64,000 nucleotides of DNA from Cyanophora paradoxa CCMP329. Taxonomy: Eukaryota; Plantae; Glaucophyta. Under the pieces are notes generated by a model that was not told the DNA's origin, did not search any database, and saw nothing but the letters and a program-made list of their open reading frames with translations. Location: NCBI GenBank assembly GCA_004431415.1, contig QPMI01000200.1:124001-188000 (forward strand), written 5' to 3'. Each line of letters starts with the position of its first letter. Positions within the stretch are counted from its first letter, which is position 1. The position numbers were made by a program, and so were the translations under genes. Positions 1 through 13,900 of this stretch are shown here, one piece after another.

Positions 1-1753
1 GTGGAGTAAGGGAGACCAGGATGCGCTGCGGTGGAGAGCCAGCGCCGACGCACCGAGATTGCATTGCGTCCCGTGCTGGAGGCCGCAGCCAGTTCTTGCC
101 CTGCGTGCTCTTCAAAGTGCAAGGCCGGAATTCGGGGTACACAGCTGTTGGGCGAAAGCGGCAGCGACACCAACAGCGATATCGATCGAGGATGCTTGAG
201 GTTGCCCTTCGGCTCAGCTTTCCGAGGAAGCCTGAGCGGTCCCATGCTCCTTCGCAGCTCGCTCGGCCGCGGTGCCGAGCACGTTGGCGGAAGCTCGCAG
301 ATGCGGCGCGCGGCCCTTTCGTTAGCTATAGCTAGGCGCATGTGGCCCGTGTTCTCGCAGCTGCATGTCTATGCCCTGGCGTGGCCGTGTTTCCGTGCGG
401 CGCCGCGTTCACGGCCTGCCTTCCTCCCACAAACCGACGACGTGCGTCTATGCCGTGCCCTCCGCGTTCCACGCGTGACGTACAGCTCACTCGATTTCGC
501 AGGGATCGCCGGCGGTGAGCCCGTCGGCCCAGTTGGTTGGCCCTGCGCCCAAGCCGAGCCAAGGTGCGGCGGCCGCCTGGCCGGGAACGGGGGACAGGCG
601 AACTGCCGCACGCTTCTCGCTGTTGATCTCTCCTTCGTAGCGGGCGATGGAGTGCCGGCACGCCGCTGGCGGCGAGCGCGCCCTGCCGAGCGCGTCGCCA
701 TCGCCGGGGGTGGGCCACCGGACCATAGCTTTGCGTCAGCGGCGCGCGAACGCATGTCTCACGATTCTTGCTTGCGTTCCAGGCGCTGGATCGCGCGCGC
801 CGTCTCCAGGCTCCGAATTCTGGACCCCTCTTCCACAGCTTGGTGAGGCTCAGGCCTAGACGAGGTGAGTTGAGCGGTCTGTGTGCGTACGCGTCGCTGA
901 CAAGGCGCTCCTGTCGCGCAGGATGATCGAGTCCCGGGGCGATGGTCGGAGGAGCGGAGGGCGGCAGCATGGATTGCACGGCGGGGCGTAGGATCGGCGG
1001 GCGGCGGCCCGGGGCGCACGCCTCGCGCGCCGCCGGCTGCCCGCCCGCCCCGGCCCGCCCCGGCGCCGTCGCTTCGCCCGCCCCGGCGCCTTCGCCCCGC
1101 TCCGCCCCGTCGCTTTCGCCCCGCCCCGCAGAGTCGGTGCGCCGTGCTGAGCGCCCTGCCCGGCACAGCCCGGCCTGCCTGCTGCTGACGCCCTCGCAGC
1201 TCTCGAGGATTTTGAATTTTCGGGGCGTCCCGCTGCCGCGGGAGAGGATCTTCGAGCGCCCCGCCGCCCCCGCCGTCCTCAGGGGACAGCGCCGGGGGTC
1301 GCGGAAGCTCAGCAGGCGGCGGCGCGGCTCACCTGGCGGGGCGGAGGCGCGGCGGGCGGCGGCACGGCTCGCCGGGAGGGGCGGCGGCGCGGCGGGCGGC
1401 GCGCAGCTCGCCGGGCGGGGCGAGGGTGCGGCGGGCGGCGGCGAAGCTCGGCGGGCGGGGCGCGGGAGCGGCGGGCGGCGGCGCGGCTCGCCAGGCGGGC
1501 GGAGGCGCGGCGGGCGGCGCCGCGGCTCGCGGGGCGGGGCGGAGGCGCAGCGTGCTGCGGCCCGGCTCGCCGCACGGGGTGGAGGCGCGGCTGGCGGCGG
1601 CGCGGCTCGCCAGGGGGGCGGAGGCGCAGCAGGCGGACAGGACGGCAGGCGCGGCGGGCGGCGGCGTGGCTCGCGGGCGCCGCGGTGGCGCGACGCGGCT
1701 TCGATTCGTGATCACTGATCATGAGCGTGATGATCTCTTGTCATTCAATTTAA

Positions 1754-3704
1754 ACAGATCCGAGGCTGCGCTGCCCTGCAACTTGGCACAAATGAAGTGT
1801 TGGCAATTGGGGCCCACTATTGCTTGGCGAGGCACCAGCACCTTTTCAGCGCTTGCCACTATTAAAATCAAATCTAGCGCCTTTGATATAGTCCAGGTAC
1901 GCTTCTCCAGTCAGTGAAAAGGCCGGGATCTTTTCCTGGCTTCATGATCAATTCTCATGATCATCATGAACACTGCATGCATGGGTGCTCAGATCCTCAC
2001 TGCGAGCCAAATTGAAACTCGGGGCCCATATTGCATACGCCCGCGAGCATGCTGTTGGGGGTTCTCGAGGGCGCTGGATTTGATTATGAAGTCGGTTGAA
2101 GACAGATCCGAGGCTGCGCTGCCCTGCAACTTGGCACAAATGAAGTGTTGGCAATTGGGGCCCACTATTGCTTGGCGAGGCACCAGCACCTTTTCAGCGC
2201 TTGCCACTATTGAAATCAAATCTAGCGCCTTTGATATAGTCCAGGTACGCTTCTCCAGTCAGTGAAAAGGCCGGGATCTTTTCCTGGCTTCATGATCAAT
2301 TCTCATGATCATCATGAACACTGCATGCATGGGTGCTCAGATCCTCACTGCGAGCCAAATTGAAACTCGGGGCCCATATTGCATACGCCCGCGAGCATGC
2401 TGTTGGGGGTTCTCGAGGGCGCTGGATTTGATTATGAAGTTGGTTTAAGACAGATCCGAGGCTGCGCTGCCCTGCAACTTGGCACAAATGAAGTGTTGGC
2501 AATTGGGGCCCACTATTGCTTGGCGAGGCACCAGCACCTTTTCAGCGCTTGCCACTATCAAAATCAAATCTAGCGCCTTTGATATAGTCCAGGTACGCTT
2601 CTCCAGTCAGTGAAAAGGCCGGGATCTTTTCCTGGCTTCATGATCAATTCTCATGATCATCATGAACACTGCATGCATGGGTGCTCAGATCCTCACTGCG
2701 AGCCAAATTGAAACTCGGGGCCCATATTGCATACGCCCGCGAGCCGCTGAGCATGCTGTTGGGGGTTCTCGAGGGCGCTGGATTTGATTATGAAGTCGGT
2801 TGAAGACAGATCCGAGGCTGCGCTGCCCTGCAACTTGGCACAAATGAAGTGTTGGCAATTGGGGCCCACTATTGCTTGGCGAGGCACCAGCACCTTTTCA
2901 GCGCTTGCCACTATTAAAATCAAATCTAGCGCCTTTGATATAGTCCAGGTACGCTTCTCCAGTCAGTGAAAAGGCCGGGATCTTTTCCTGGCTTCATGAT
3001 CAATTCTCATGATCATCATGAACACTGCATGCATGGGTGCTCAGATCCTCACTGCGAGCCAAATTGAAACTCGGGGCCCATATTGCATACGCCCGCGAGC
3101 ATGCTGTTGGGGTTCTCGAGGGCGCTGGATTTGATTATGAAGTTGGTTTAAGACAGATCCGAGGCTGCGCTGCCCTGCAACTTGGCACAAATGAAGTGTT
3201 GGCAATTGGGGCCCACTATTGCTTGGCGAGGCACCAGCACCTTTTCAGCGCTTGCCACTATTAAAATCAAATCTAGCGCCTTTGATATAGTCCAGGTACG
3301 CTTCTCCAGTCAGTGAAAAGGCCGGGATCTTTTCCTGGCTTCATGATCAATTCTCAGAGTCTCATGATCATCATGAACACTGCATGCATGGGTGCTCAGA
3401 TCCTCACTGCGAGCCAAATTGAAACTCGGGGCCCACATTGCATACGCCCGCGAGCATGCTGTTGGGGGTTCTCGAGGGCGCTGGATTTGATTATGAAGTT
3501 GGTTTAAGACAGATCCGAGGCTGCGCTGCCCTGCAACTTGGCACAAATGAAGTGTTGGCAATTGGGGCCCACTATTGCTTGGCGAGGTACAAGCACCTTT
3601 TCAGCGCTTGCCACTATCAAAATCAATTCTAGCGTTTTTGATATAGCCTAGATACGCTTCTCCAGTCAGTGAAAAGGCCGGGATCTTTGCTGGGCCTCAT
3701 GATC
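1754..3704. repeat. 348-bp tandem repeat array (about 5.6 units), core of foldback copy 1
   Basis: ACAGATCCGAGGCTGCGC recurs at 1754, 2102, 2450, 2806, 3153 and 3509 (periods 348/348/356/347/356). Confidence 0.95.
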
Positions 3705-3739
3705 ATGATCAGTGATCATGATCATCATGAGCACTACAC

Positions 3740-4340
3740 CGCCTGGCGACCCGCGCCACCGCCGCCGCGCCTCCGCTCCGCCCCGCGAGCCGCGCCGCCA
3801 CCCTGAGCCCCCGCCCGTCCGACGAGCCGCGTCGCCGCCCGACGCGTTTCCGCCCCGCCCCGCGAGCCGCGGCGCCGCTCGCCGCGCCCCCGCCCCGCCG
3901 GCGACCCGCGCCGCCGCCCGCAGCGCCTCCGACCTGCCCGGCGGGCCGCGCCTCCGCCCGCCGCGCCTCCGCCCCGCCCCGCGAGCCGCGGCGCCGCCCG
4001 CCGCGCCTCCGCCCCGCCCCGCGAGCCGCGCCTCCGCCCGCCACGCCTCCGCCCTGCCCGGCGAGCCGCGCCTCCGCTCGCCGCGCCTCCGCCCCGCCCC
4101 GCGAGCCGCGGCGCCGCCCGCCGCGCCCCGCCCCGCCCCGCGAGCTGCGCCGCCACCCGCTGAGCCCCGCCCTGCCCGGAAAGCCGAGTCGCTGCCCGAC
4201 GCGCCTCCGCCCCGTCCGGCGAGCCGCGTCGCCGCCCGCCGAGCCTCCGTCCCGCCCGCGAGCTGCGCCGCCGCCCCCGCGCCCCCGCCCCGCCCAGTGA
4301 GCCGCGCCGCCACCCTGCCCGGAGAGCCGCGCTCGCCGCG
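3740..4340. repeat. Degenerate GC-rich minisatellite flanking the satellite core (inverted counterpart about 1310-1700; also about 11110-11495 and 13540-14140)
   Basis: Recurrent CGCCTCCGCCCCGCCCCGCGAGCCGCG-like units, in reverse-complement orientation on the other side of the array. Confidence 0.75.
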
Positions 4341-7300
4341 TCTCCCACCTGGCCGGAGGGAGCTGTGCCACCACCCGCTGTCTCGCTGAACCCGCCAGGC
4401 AAGTTAAGCGGGGGAGAGAGGGGGAGGGAGGGAGAGCCGTGGGCGAGGGGAGGGCATACTCCGAGGCGCTTCGGCGCGGCGGCGGCAGGGCTCTTGCGGC
4501 CGCGGGGTGCACAGGCAGCCGCGAGGGCGGCGCGGGGCGCTTGTCGTTGTGCGGCGCGGCGGGGGCGGCGGGGCGCTCGAAGATCCTCTCCCGCGGCAGC
4601 GGGACGCCTCGAAAATTCAAAATCCTCGAGAGCTGCGAGGGCGTCAGCAGCAGGCAGGCCGGGCTGTGCCGGGCAGGGCGCTCGGCACGGCGCACCGTCT
4701 CTGCGGGGCGGGGCGAAAGCGACGGGGCGGGGCGGGGCGACGGCGACGGGGCCGGGCGAAGCGACAGCGCCGGGGCGGGCCGGGGAGCCGGCGGGGCTGC
4801 ACGGGCTGCACGGGGCGTGCGCCCCGGGCCGCCGCCCGCCGATCCTACGCCCGCCGTGCAATCCATGCTGCCGCCCTCCGCTCCCTCCGACCATCGCCCC
4901 GGGACTCGATCATCCTGCGCGACAGGAGCGCCTTGTCAGCGACGCGTACGCACACAGACCGCTCAACTCACCTCGTCTAGGCCTGAGCCTCACCAAGCTG
5001 TGGAAGAGGGTCCAGAATTCGGAGCCTGGAGACGGCGCGCGCGATCCAGCGCCTGGAACGCAAGCAAGAATCGTGAGACATGCGTTCGCGCGCCGCTGAC
5101 GCAAAGCTATGGTCCGGTGGCCCACCCCCGGCGATGGCGACGCGCTCGGCAGGGCGCGCTCGCCGCCAGCGGCGTGCCGGCACTCCATCGCCCGCTACGA
5201 AGGAGAGATCAACAGCGAGAAGCGTGCGGCAGTTCGCCTGTCCCCCGTTCCCGGCCAGGCGGCCGCCGCACCTTGGCTCGGCTTGGGCGCAGGGCCAACC
5301 AACTGGGCCGACGGGGCTCACCGCCGGCGATCCCTGCGAAATCGAGTGAGCTGTACGTCACGCGTGGAACGCGGAGGGCACGGCATAGACGCACGTCGTC
5401 GGTTTGTGGGAGGAAGGCAGGCCGTGAACGCAGCGCCGCACGGAAACACGGCCACGCCAGGGCATAGACATGCAGCTGCGAGAACACGGGCCACATGCGC
5501 CTAGCTATAGCTAACGAAAGGGCCGCGCGCCGCATCTGCGAGCTTCCGCCAACGTGCTCGGCACCGCGGCCGAGCGAGCTGCGAAGGAGCATGGGACCGC
5601 TCAGGCTTCCTCGGAAAGCTGAGCCGAAGGGCGTCCTCAAGCATCCTCGATCGATATCGCTGTTGGTGTCGCTGCCGCTTTCGCCCAACAGCTGTGTACC
5701 CCGAATTCCGCGGCCTTGCACTTTGAAGAGCACGCAGGGCAAGAACTGGCTGCGGCCTCCAGCACGGGACGCAATGCAATCTCGGTGCGTCGGCGCTGGG
5801 CTCTCCACCGCAGCGCATCCTGGTCTCCCTTACTCCACAATTTCAAACAGGTCAAACGGAGTCCGCACAGCTGCCGCGAACTTGACGAGCCTCGAGCGCG
5901 AACGACGTTCGAAGGTGCCTACTTGCATCCTCTCGCGTCCCCCGCCTGTCGCCGGCCTGATTTCAAACGCAGAGCGATGCCCCAGGGCGGCGGGCGCCCG
6001 CTCGTGGCGAAGAGCGCTCGTGTACGCGTCGTTCTTGCCTCTTCAAGCGCCCTTGATCTGCATTCTTAGCCCGGCCGCCGCCGCCAAGTGTTCCTTCTTT
6101 TGGTCGGCTCGCGCAGAAAGGAGAAGGCGGCTGCCGATGCGAAGCAAGGTGCTTTTTCGTTTCATCTCCTTTGCCCCAATCCCTCATTCCGCTGGCGGTC
6201 CAGGGAACGGGGTGACTGGCCCGCGCGAGCAGAGCACCACCATCCAGTTCGCCTAGCGTCTTCTCCCGCAGGCCAGGTGCTCGCTCTTGTTTCCGCTACT
6301 CTCGCGTTGATGTTTTTGTGACGCCGGCCGCGTGCGCAGCGGAGCGGGTGCCGTTCTCGGACGCGTGGCTTCTGGACGGCCGCGGCCTCGGAGTTCTTGT
6401 GCTTGCGGCCGCTGGGGCGCAGGTGCGGCAGGTGCGGTCGTTTGCCGGCGCGCATTCTTCTCTTCTTTCGGTTGACGCTCCGAGCTCAGCGAGCGCTGCG
6501 CCGTCGCGGCGACCGCGTTCCGGGCGCTCTCAATCTCGGTGTGGGCGCTCGGCGACAGGTGCGGTCTGTTTATTGGCGCGCGTTCTCTCTTCTTTTGATT
6601 GAGATTCCTCTCCGTGCGCAGCGAGCGCTCTGCCTTCGACGTCGGGCACGGGCAAGGGATGCTGGAAGCGGGGACGGGCCTCCTGCTCTCTCCTTGCTGC
6701 GGTGCGCAGACGTCCCCTTGCTTCCCACTTCTCTCTTTATGCTAGGAGCCCGCTTATCCTGATGCGCGCAGCGCAGCGAGCGCGGCGACGTTCCGCAGCG
6801 AGTGCGGCGAGGGCGCATTCTGCCTGGGCCGGAGGCGGGCTGCTGGCGATCGGCTGGGCATGCGCAGGCGGCGGACGATGCCGCAGGCAGGACAGCAGTA
6901 CTACCTGCTGTTCGGCAGCTGATTGCAGTTAAAACGTTAGTTTTCCTTTTCTCGGCAACTAGCGCGGGGGACGACGCCGCTTGCAGGTCATTGCGTATTG
7001 TGTAAAGCCCTTACAGCCTAAGTTGCAGGCGGGGCAGATTGGGGCAGATGAGCTCGAGGGCGCCCGCGCACGATCGGCCACGAGGCCGCTAGCTGTTTCA
7101 CAGTGTGCGCACATCTACACGAGGCGCCGCGCGGGCTCGGGATTGGCCCCCACGAGGGCGCTGAGCTGTGTGCGCATGCGCACATGTACTACGGTACGAC
7201 CTAGGGGCGCCGGCGCCACGCGTACGCGTGCCCCGTCGAGCTTGACGACCGACTCTCTCTCTCGGCGAGCTCGCCGAGTCGAGCCGCGTCGAGCTCAGGC

Positions 7301-7588
7301 CCATAGCAACGAGCTCGACGACCGTCGACCGGTACCGGCCACGCTGCTGGCTATAGCTACGTATACGCCGGCGCAGTGCGTCGGACACTGCGTCCAGCTG
7401 CGTCGAGCGGCGCAGTGCGTCAAACTTCGAGTGCGTCGAGCGACGCAGTTTCGTGAAACTTGGCGCACTGCTTGAAACTGCGTGGAGATTTCGAGCAGTG
7501 CTTCATTTCCGACGCAATGCTTGAAATTCCCACGCAATGCTTGAAATTTCCGACGCAATGCGTGGGTGAGCCAAAAGTGCCGGGGTAC

Positions 7589-7969
7589 CTCGCTCAGTCA
7601 AACGCACGAGAGCTGGAGCAGCTCTTCCAGTTGGCGGCGGCGACGCTTCGCGCCCGCTTTCGTGCGGCGGGGTCCGTCCTCTACAACGCGCACGGCGGTG
7701 ACGAGATCTTCAACAAGATGACGCCGCTGGACTTGTGCTTCTCTCCGGGAACGCGGGCTTTCTACCTTCGCTTCGCTCCGCACGAGCTTCGCAGCCCCGT
7801 CCCGTGCCCGGCCCCCTACACGCCGAGCGCACGCGGGGGACGGCCGATCAAGCACACTCACTCGTACCATGTCGTCGTCATTTACCCGTGCCTGCTTCAT
7901 GACGCCCAGGGCGCCATCGTGGGCACCTGCTGGGAGCTGATTTCTGGTTGCGGCATCTGCGGCGCCTTC
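7589..7969 (+). pseudogene. Upstream fragment of the retroelement ORF (127 codons) between the two foldback copies
   Basis: GC3-rich coding-like frame LAQSNARELEQLFQ...CGICGAF. Joins in frame to SSLMTSGRG at 17408 when 7970-17407 is removed. Confidence 0.75.
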
Positions 7970-10900
7970 CCGGGTACCCCGGCACTTTTGGCTCACCCAC
8001 GCATTGCGTCGAAATTTGAGTCATTTTTCGACGCAGTGCTCCGAAATTTCACGCAATGCTTGAAAATGCGTCGGGGTTTCAAGCAGCGCTTGAAACCCCA
8101 CGCAGTGCGACGCAGCTGCCCGAAACTTCGAAGCACCGCGACTGCGCCAAATTCCCACTGCGTCTGGCTGCGTCGAGCGATGCAGCCTCAGGGCCTGGCA
8201 GCGCTAGCAGGCGCTATAGCTAGTACTAGTAGCTCGTAACCCATGCGGATTGCGGATTCAATGATTGCAGCGCGCGCGCTCGGGATCCACTGGGGCAGAT
8301 CCGAGTGCGCGGGCGGATTGCAGCGCGCGCGCGGCTGTACCAGTACCGCAGTACTAGTATATACGTACGTGCATGCTTAGTTTGCTCGCGCTTCTGGGCC
8401 GCTGGGCCGCGGCCGGGCCACAGCGGCGACAGGCCCGTGGCCAGCTATTGTGAATCTGTGGCATGCGCTGTTCATAAAAGATGATGAACTGGAAGTATAC
8501 AGGCTGTCCGGGATCCGAAATCTATCACACGCACCAGCCCCTGAAGCCCGAATCCGAGCGCTAGCTAGTTGCCGAGAAAACGAAAACTAACTGCAATCAG
8601 CTGCCGAACAGCGGGAAGTGCTGCTGTCCTGCCTGCAGCATCGTCCGCCGGCGGCACAGGCAGAATGCGCCCTCGCCGCACTCGCTGCGGCAAGTCACCG
8701 CGCTCGCTGCGCTCAGAATAAGCGGACTCCTAGCTTAAAGAGAGAAGTGGGAAGCAAGGGACGTCTGCGCACCGAGGAGAGGGTAGCAGTCCCGCTTCCT
8801 CCGCATCCAGCATCCCTTGCCCGTGCCCGACGTCGAAGGCAGAGCGCTCGCTGCGCACGGAGAGGAATGTCAATCTAATGAAAAGAGAATGCGCGCCGAT
8901 TAACAGACCGCACCTGCGGCCGAGCGCCCACACCATGGACTGGAAGAGCGCCTCCTCTGGCCAAAAGGGCGGAGGCGTTGATGGCGCTCGCCGCGCTGCG
9001 GCATCACGGTCAGCGCGCGGATCGAACGAAGATAAGCGAGTGGTGACCGGCAAACGGACCGCTGTGCACCACAGCAGGGTGAGTGAGCAGCAGGCCGGCT
9101 CGCGCCGCGTCCGGGCCGGTCCGGCATCCCTCGACCGCGATGCCGAAGCTGCGTTCGGAGCGTCAACCGAAAGAAGAGAAGAATGCGCGCCGGCAAACGA
9201 CCGCACCTGCCGCACCTGCGCCCCAGCGGCCGCAAGCACAAGAACTCCGAGGCCGCGGCCGTCCAGAAGCCACGCGTCCGAGAACGGCACCCGCTCCGCT
9301 GCGCACGCGGCCGGCGTCACAAAAACATCAACGCGAGAGTAGCGGAAACAAGAGCGAGCACCTGGCCTGCGGGAGAAGACGCTAGGCGAACTGGATGGTG
9401 GTGCTCTGCTCGCGCGGGCCAGTCACCCCGTTCCCTGGACCGCCAGCGGAATGAGGGATTGGGGCAAAGGAGATGAAACGAAAAAGCACCTTGCTTCGCA
9501 TCGGCAGCCGCCTTCTCCTTTTTGCGCGAGCCGACCAAAAGAAGGAACACTTGGCGGCGGCGGCCGGGCTAAGAATGCAGATCAAGGGCGCTTGAAGAGG
9601 CAAGAACGACGCGTACACGAGCGCTCTTCGCCACGAGCGGGCGCCCGCCGCCCTGGGCAGCGCTCTGCTTTTGAAATCAGGCCGGCGACAGGCGGGGGAC
9701 GCGAGAGGATGCAAGTAGGCACCTTCGAACGTCGTTCGCGCTCGAGGCTCGTCAAGTTCGCGGCAGCTGTGCGGACTCCGTTTGACCTGTTTGAAATTGT
9801 GGAGTAAGGGAGACCAGGATGCGCTGCGGTGGAGAGCCCAGCGCCGACGCACCGAGATTGCATTGCGTCCCGTGCTGGAGGCCGCAGCCAGTTCTTGCCC
9901 TGCGTGCTCTTCAAAGTGCAAGGCCGGAATTCGGGGTACACAGCTGTTGGGCGAAAGCGGCAGCGACACCAACAGCGATATCGATCGAGGATGCTTGAGG
10001 TTGCCCTTCGGCTCAGCTTTCCGAGGAAGCCTGAGCGGTCCCATGCTCCTTCGCAGCTCGCTCGGCCGCGGTGCCGAGCACGTTGGCGGAAGCTCGCAGA
10101 TGCGGCGCGCGGCCCTTTCGTTAGCTATAGCTAGGCGCATGTGGCCCGTGTTCTCGCAGCTGCATGTCTATGCCCTGGCGTGGCCGTGTTTCCGTGCGGC
10201 GCCGCGTTCACGGCCTGCCTTCCTCCCACAAACCGACGACGTGCGTCTATGCCGTGCCCTCCGCGTTCCACGCGTGACGTACAGCTCACTCGATTTCGCA
10301 GGGATCGCCGGCGGTGAGCCCCGTCGGCCCAGTTGGTTGGCCCTGCGCCCAAGCCGAGCCAAGGTGCGGCGGCCGCCTGGCCGGGAACGGGGGACAGGCG
10401 AACTGCCGCACGCTTCTCGCTGTTGATCTCTCCTTCGTAGCGGGCGATGGAGTGCCGGCACGCCGCTGGCGGCGAGCGCGCCCTGCCGAGCGCGTCGCCA
10501 TCGCCGGGGGTGGGCCACCGGACCATAGCTTTGCGTCAGCGGCGCGCGAACGCATGTCTCACGATTCTTGCTTGCGTTCCAGGCGCTGGATCGCGCGCGC
10601 CGTCTCCAGGCTCCGAATTCTGGACCCCTCTTCCACAGCTTGGTGAGGCTCAGGCCTAGACGAGGTGAGTTGAGCGGTCTGTGTGCGTACGCGTCGCTGA
10701 CAAGGCGCTCCTGTCGCGCAGGATGATCGAGTCCCGGGGCGATGGTCGGAGGGAGCGGAGGGCGGCAGCATGGATTGCACGGCGGGGCGTAGGATCGGCG
10801 GGCGGCGGCCCGGGGCGCACGCCTCGCGCGCCGCCGGCTGCCCGCCCGCCCCGGCCCGCCCGGCGCCGTCGCTTCGCCCGCCCCGGCGCCTTCGCCCCGC

Positions 10901-13900
10901 TCCGCCCCGTCGCTTTCGCCCCGCCCCGCAGAGTCGGTGCGCCGTGCTGAGCGCCCTGCCCGGCACAGCCCGGCCTGCCTGCTGCTGACGCCCTCGCAGC
11001 TCTCGAGGATTTTGAATTTTCGGGGCGTCCCGCTGCCGCGGGAGAGGATCTTCGAGCGCCCCGCCGCCCCCGCCGTCCTCAGGGACAGCGCCGGGGGTCG
11101 CGGAAGCTCAGCAGGCGGCGGCGCGGCTCACCTGGCGGGGCGGAGGCGCGGCGGGCGGCGGCACGGCTCGCCGGGAGGGCGGCGGCGCGGCGGGCGGCGC
11201 GCAGCTCGCCGGGCGGGGCGAGGGTGCGGCGGGCGGCGGCGAAGCTCGGCGGGCGGGGCGCGGGAGCGGCGGGCGGCGGCGCGGCTCGCCAGGCGGGGCG
11301 GAGGCGCGGCGGGCGGCGCCGCGGCTCGCGGGGCGGGGCGGAGGCGCAGCGTGCTGCGGCCCGGCTCGCCGCACGGGTGGAGGCGCGGCTGGCGGCGGCG
11401 CGGCTCGCCAGGGGGGCGGAGGCGCAGCAGGCGGACAGGACGGCAGGCGCGGCGGGCGGCGGCGTGGCTCGCGGGGCGCCGCGGTGGCGCGACGCGGCTT
11501 CGATTCGTGATCACTGATCATGAGCGTGATGATCTCTTGTCATTCAATTTAAACAGATCCGAGGCTGCGCTGCCCTGCAACTTGGCACAAATGAAGTGTT
11601 GGCAATTGGGGCCCACTATTGCTTGGCGAGGCACCAGCACCTTTTCAGCGCTTGCCACTATTAAAATCAAATCTAGCGCCTTTGATATAGTCCAGGTACG
11701 CTTCTCCAGTCAGTGAAAAGGCCGGGATCTTTTCCTGGCTTCATGATCAATTCTCATGATCATCATGAACACTGCATGCATGGGTGCTCAGATCCTCACT
11801 GCGAGCCAAATTGAAACTCGGGGCCCATATTGCATACGCCCGCGAGCATGCTGTTGGGGGTTCTCGAGGGCGCTGGATTTGATTATGAAGTCGGTTGAAG
11901 ACAGATCCGAGGCTGCGCTGCCCTGCAACTTGGCACAAATGAAGTGTTGGCAATTGGGGCCCACTATTGCTTGGCGAGGCACCAGCACCTTTTCAGCGCT
12001 TGCCACTATTAAAATCAAATCTAGCGCCTTTGATATAGTCCAGGTACGCTTCTCCAGTCAGTGAAAAGGCCGGGATCTTTTCCTGGCTTCATGATCAATT
12101 CTCATGATCATCATGAACACTGCATGCATGGGTGCTCAGATCCTCACTGCGAGCCAAATTGAAACTCGGGGCCCATATTGCATACGCCCGCGAGCATGCT
12201 GTTGGGGGTTCTCGAGGGCGCTGGATTTGATTATGAAGTTGGTTTAAGACAGATCCGAGGCTGCGCTGCCCTGCAACTTGGCACAAATGAAGTGTTGGCA
12301 ATTGGGGCCCACTATTGCTTGGCGAGGCACCAGCACCTTTTCAGCGCTTGCCACTATCAAAATCAAATCTAGCGCCTTTGATATAGTCCAGGTACGCTTC
12401 TCCAGTCAGTGAAAAGGCCGGGATCTTTTCCTGGCTTCATGATCAATTCTCATGATCATCATGAACACTGCATGCATGGGTGCTCAGATCCTCACTGCGA
12501 GCCAAATTGAAACTCGGGGCCCATATTGCATACGCCCGCGAGCCGCTGAGCATGCTGTTGGGGGTTCTCGAGGGCGCTGGATTTGATTATGAAGTCGGTT
12601 GAAGACAGATCCGAGGCTGCGCTGCCCTGCAACTTGGCACAAATGAAGTGTTGGCAATTGGGCCCACTATTGCTTGGCGAGGCACCAGCACCTTTTCAGC
12701 GCTTGCCACTATTAAAATCAAATCTAGCGCCTTTGATATAGTCCAGGTACGCTTCTCCAGTCAGTGAAAAGGCCGGGATCTTTTCCTGGCTTCATGATCA
12801 ATTCTCATGATCATCATGAACACTGCATGCATGGGTGCTCAGATCCTCACTGCGAGCCAAATTGAAACTCGGGGCCCATATTGCATACGCCCGCGAGCAT
12901 GCTGTTGGGGGTTCTCGAGGGCGCTGGATTTGATTATGAAGTTGGTTTAAGACAGATCCGAGGCTGCGCTGCCCTGCAACTTGGCACAAATGAAGTGTTG
13001 GCAATTGGGGCCCACTATTGCTTGGCGAGGCACCAGCACCTTTTCAGCGCTTGCCACTATTAAAATCAAATCTAGCGCCTTTGATATAGTCCAGGTACGC
13101 TTCTCCAGTCAGTGAAAAGGCCGGGATCTTTTCCTGGCTTCATGATCAATTCTCAGAGTCTCATGATCATCATGAACACTGCATGCATGGGTGCTCAGAT
13201 CCTCACTGCGAGCCAAATTGAAACTCGGGGCCCACATTGCATACGCCCGCGAGCATGCTGTTGGGGGTTCTCGAGGGCGCTGGATTTGATTATGAAGTTG
13301 GTTTAAGACAGATCCGAGGCTGCGCTGCCCTGCAACTTGGCACAAATGAAGTGTTGGCAATTGGGGCCCACTATTGCTTGGCGAGGTACAAGCACCTTTT
13401 CAGCGCTTGCCACTATCAAAATCAATTCTAGCGTTTTTGATATAGCCTAGATACGCTTCTCCAGTCAGTGAAAAGGCCGGGATCTTTGCTGGGCCTCATG
13501 ATCATGATCAGTGATCATGATCATCATGAGCACTACACCGCCTGGCGACCCGCGCCACCGCCCGCCGCGCCTCCGCTCCGCCCGCGAGCCGCGCCGCCAC
13601 CCTGAGCCCCGCCCCGTCCGACGAGCCGCGTCGCCGCCCGACGCGTTTCCGCCCCGCCCCGCGAGCCGCGGCGCCGCTCGCCGCGCCCCCGCCCCGCCCG
13701 GCGACCCGCGCCGCCGCCCGCAGCGCCTCCGACCTGCCCGGCGGGCCGCGCCTCCGCCCGCCGCGCCTCCGCCCCGCCCCGCGAGCCGCGGCGCCGCCCG
13801 CCGCGCCTCCGCCCCGCCCGCGAGCCGCGCCTCCGCCCGCCACGCCTCCGCCCTGCCCGGCGAGCCGCGCCTCCGCTCGCCGCGCCTCCGCCCCGCCCCG

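Larger units (their letters stand above)
1..7589. mobile_element. Foldback-type non-autonomous DNA transposon, copy 1 (left part outside window)
   Basis: Position 1 matches 9799 and identity runs to 7589 (about 17396 in copy 2). Internal inverted arms at 1-1275 and 4557-6962. Ends in ...AAAAGTGCCGGGGTACC, lacking the last 3 nt of the copy-2 end. Confidence 0.85.

Noticed and set aside
1754-3704. Tandem array as a CRISPR array or RNA-gene cluster
   Set aside because: Units are near-identical along their full 348 bp with no unique spacers, no cas genes are present, and I recognise no rRNA or snRNA motif.
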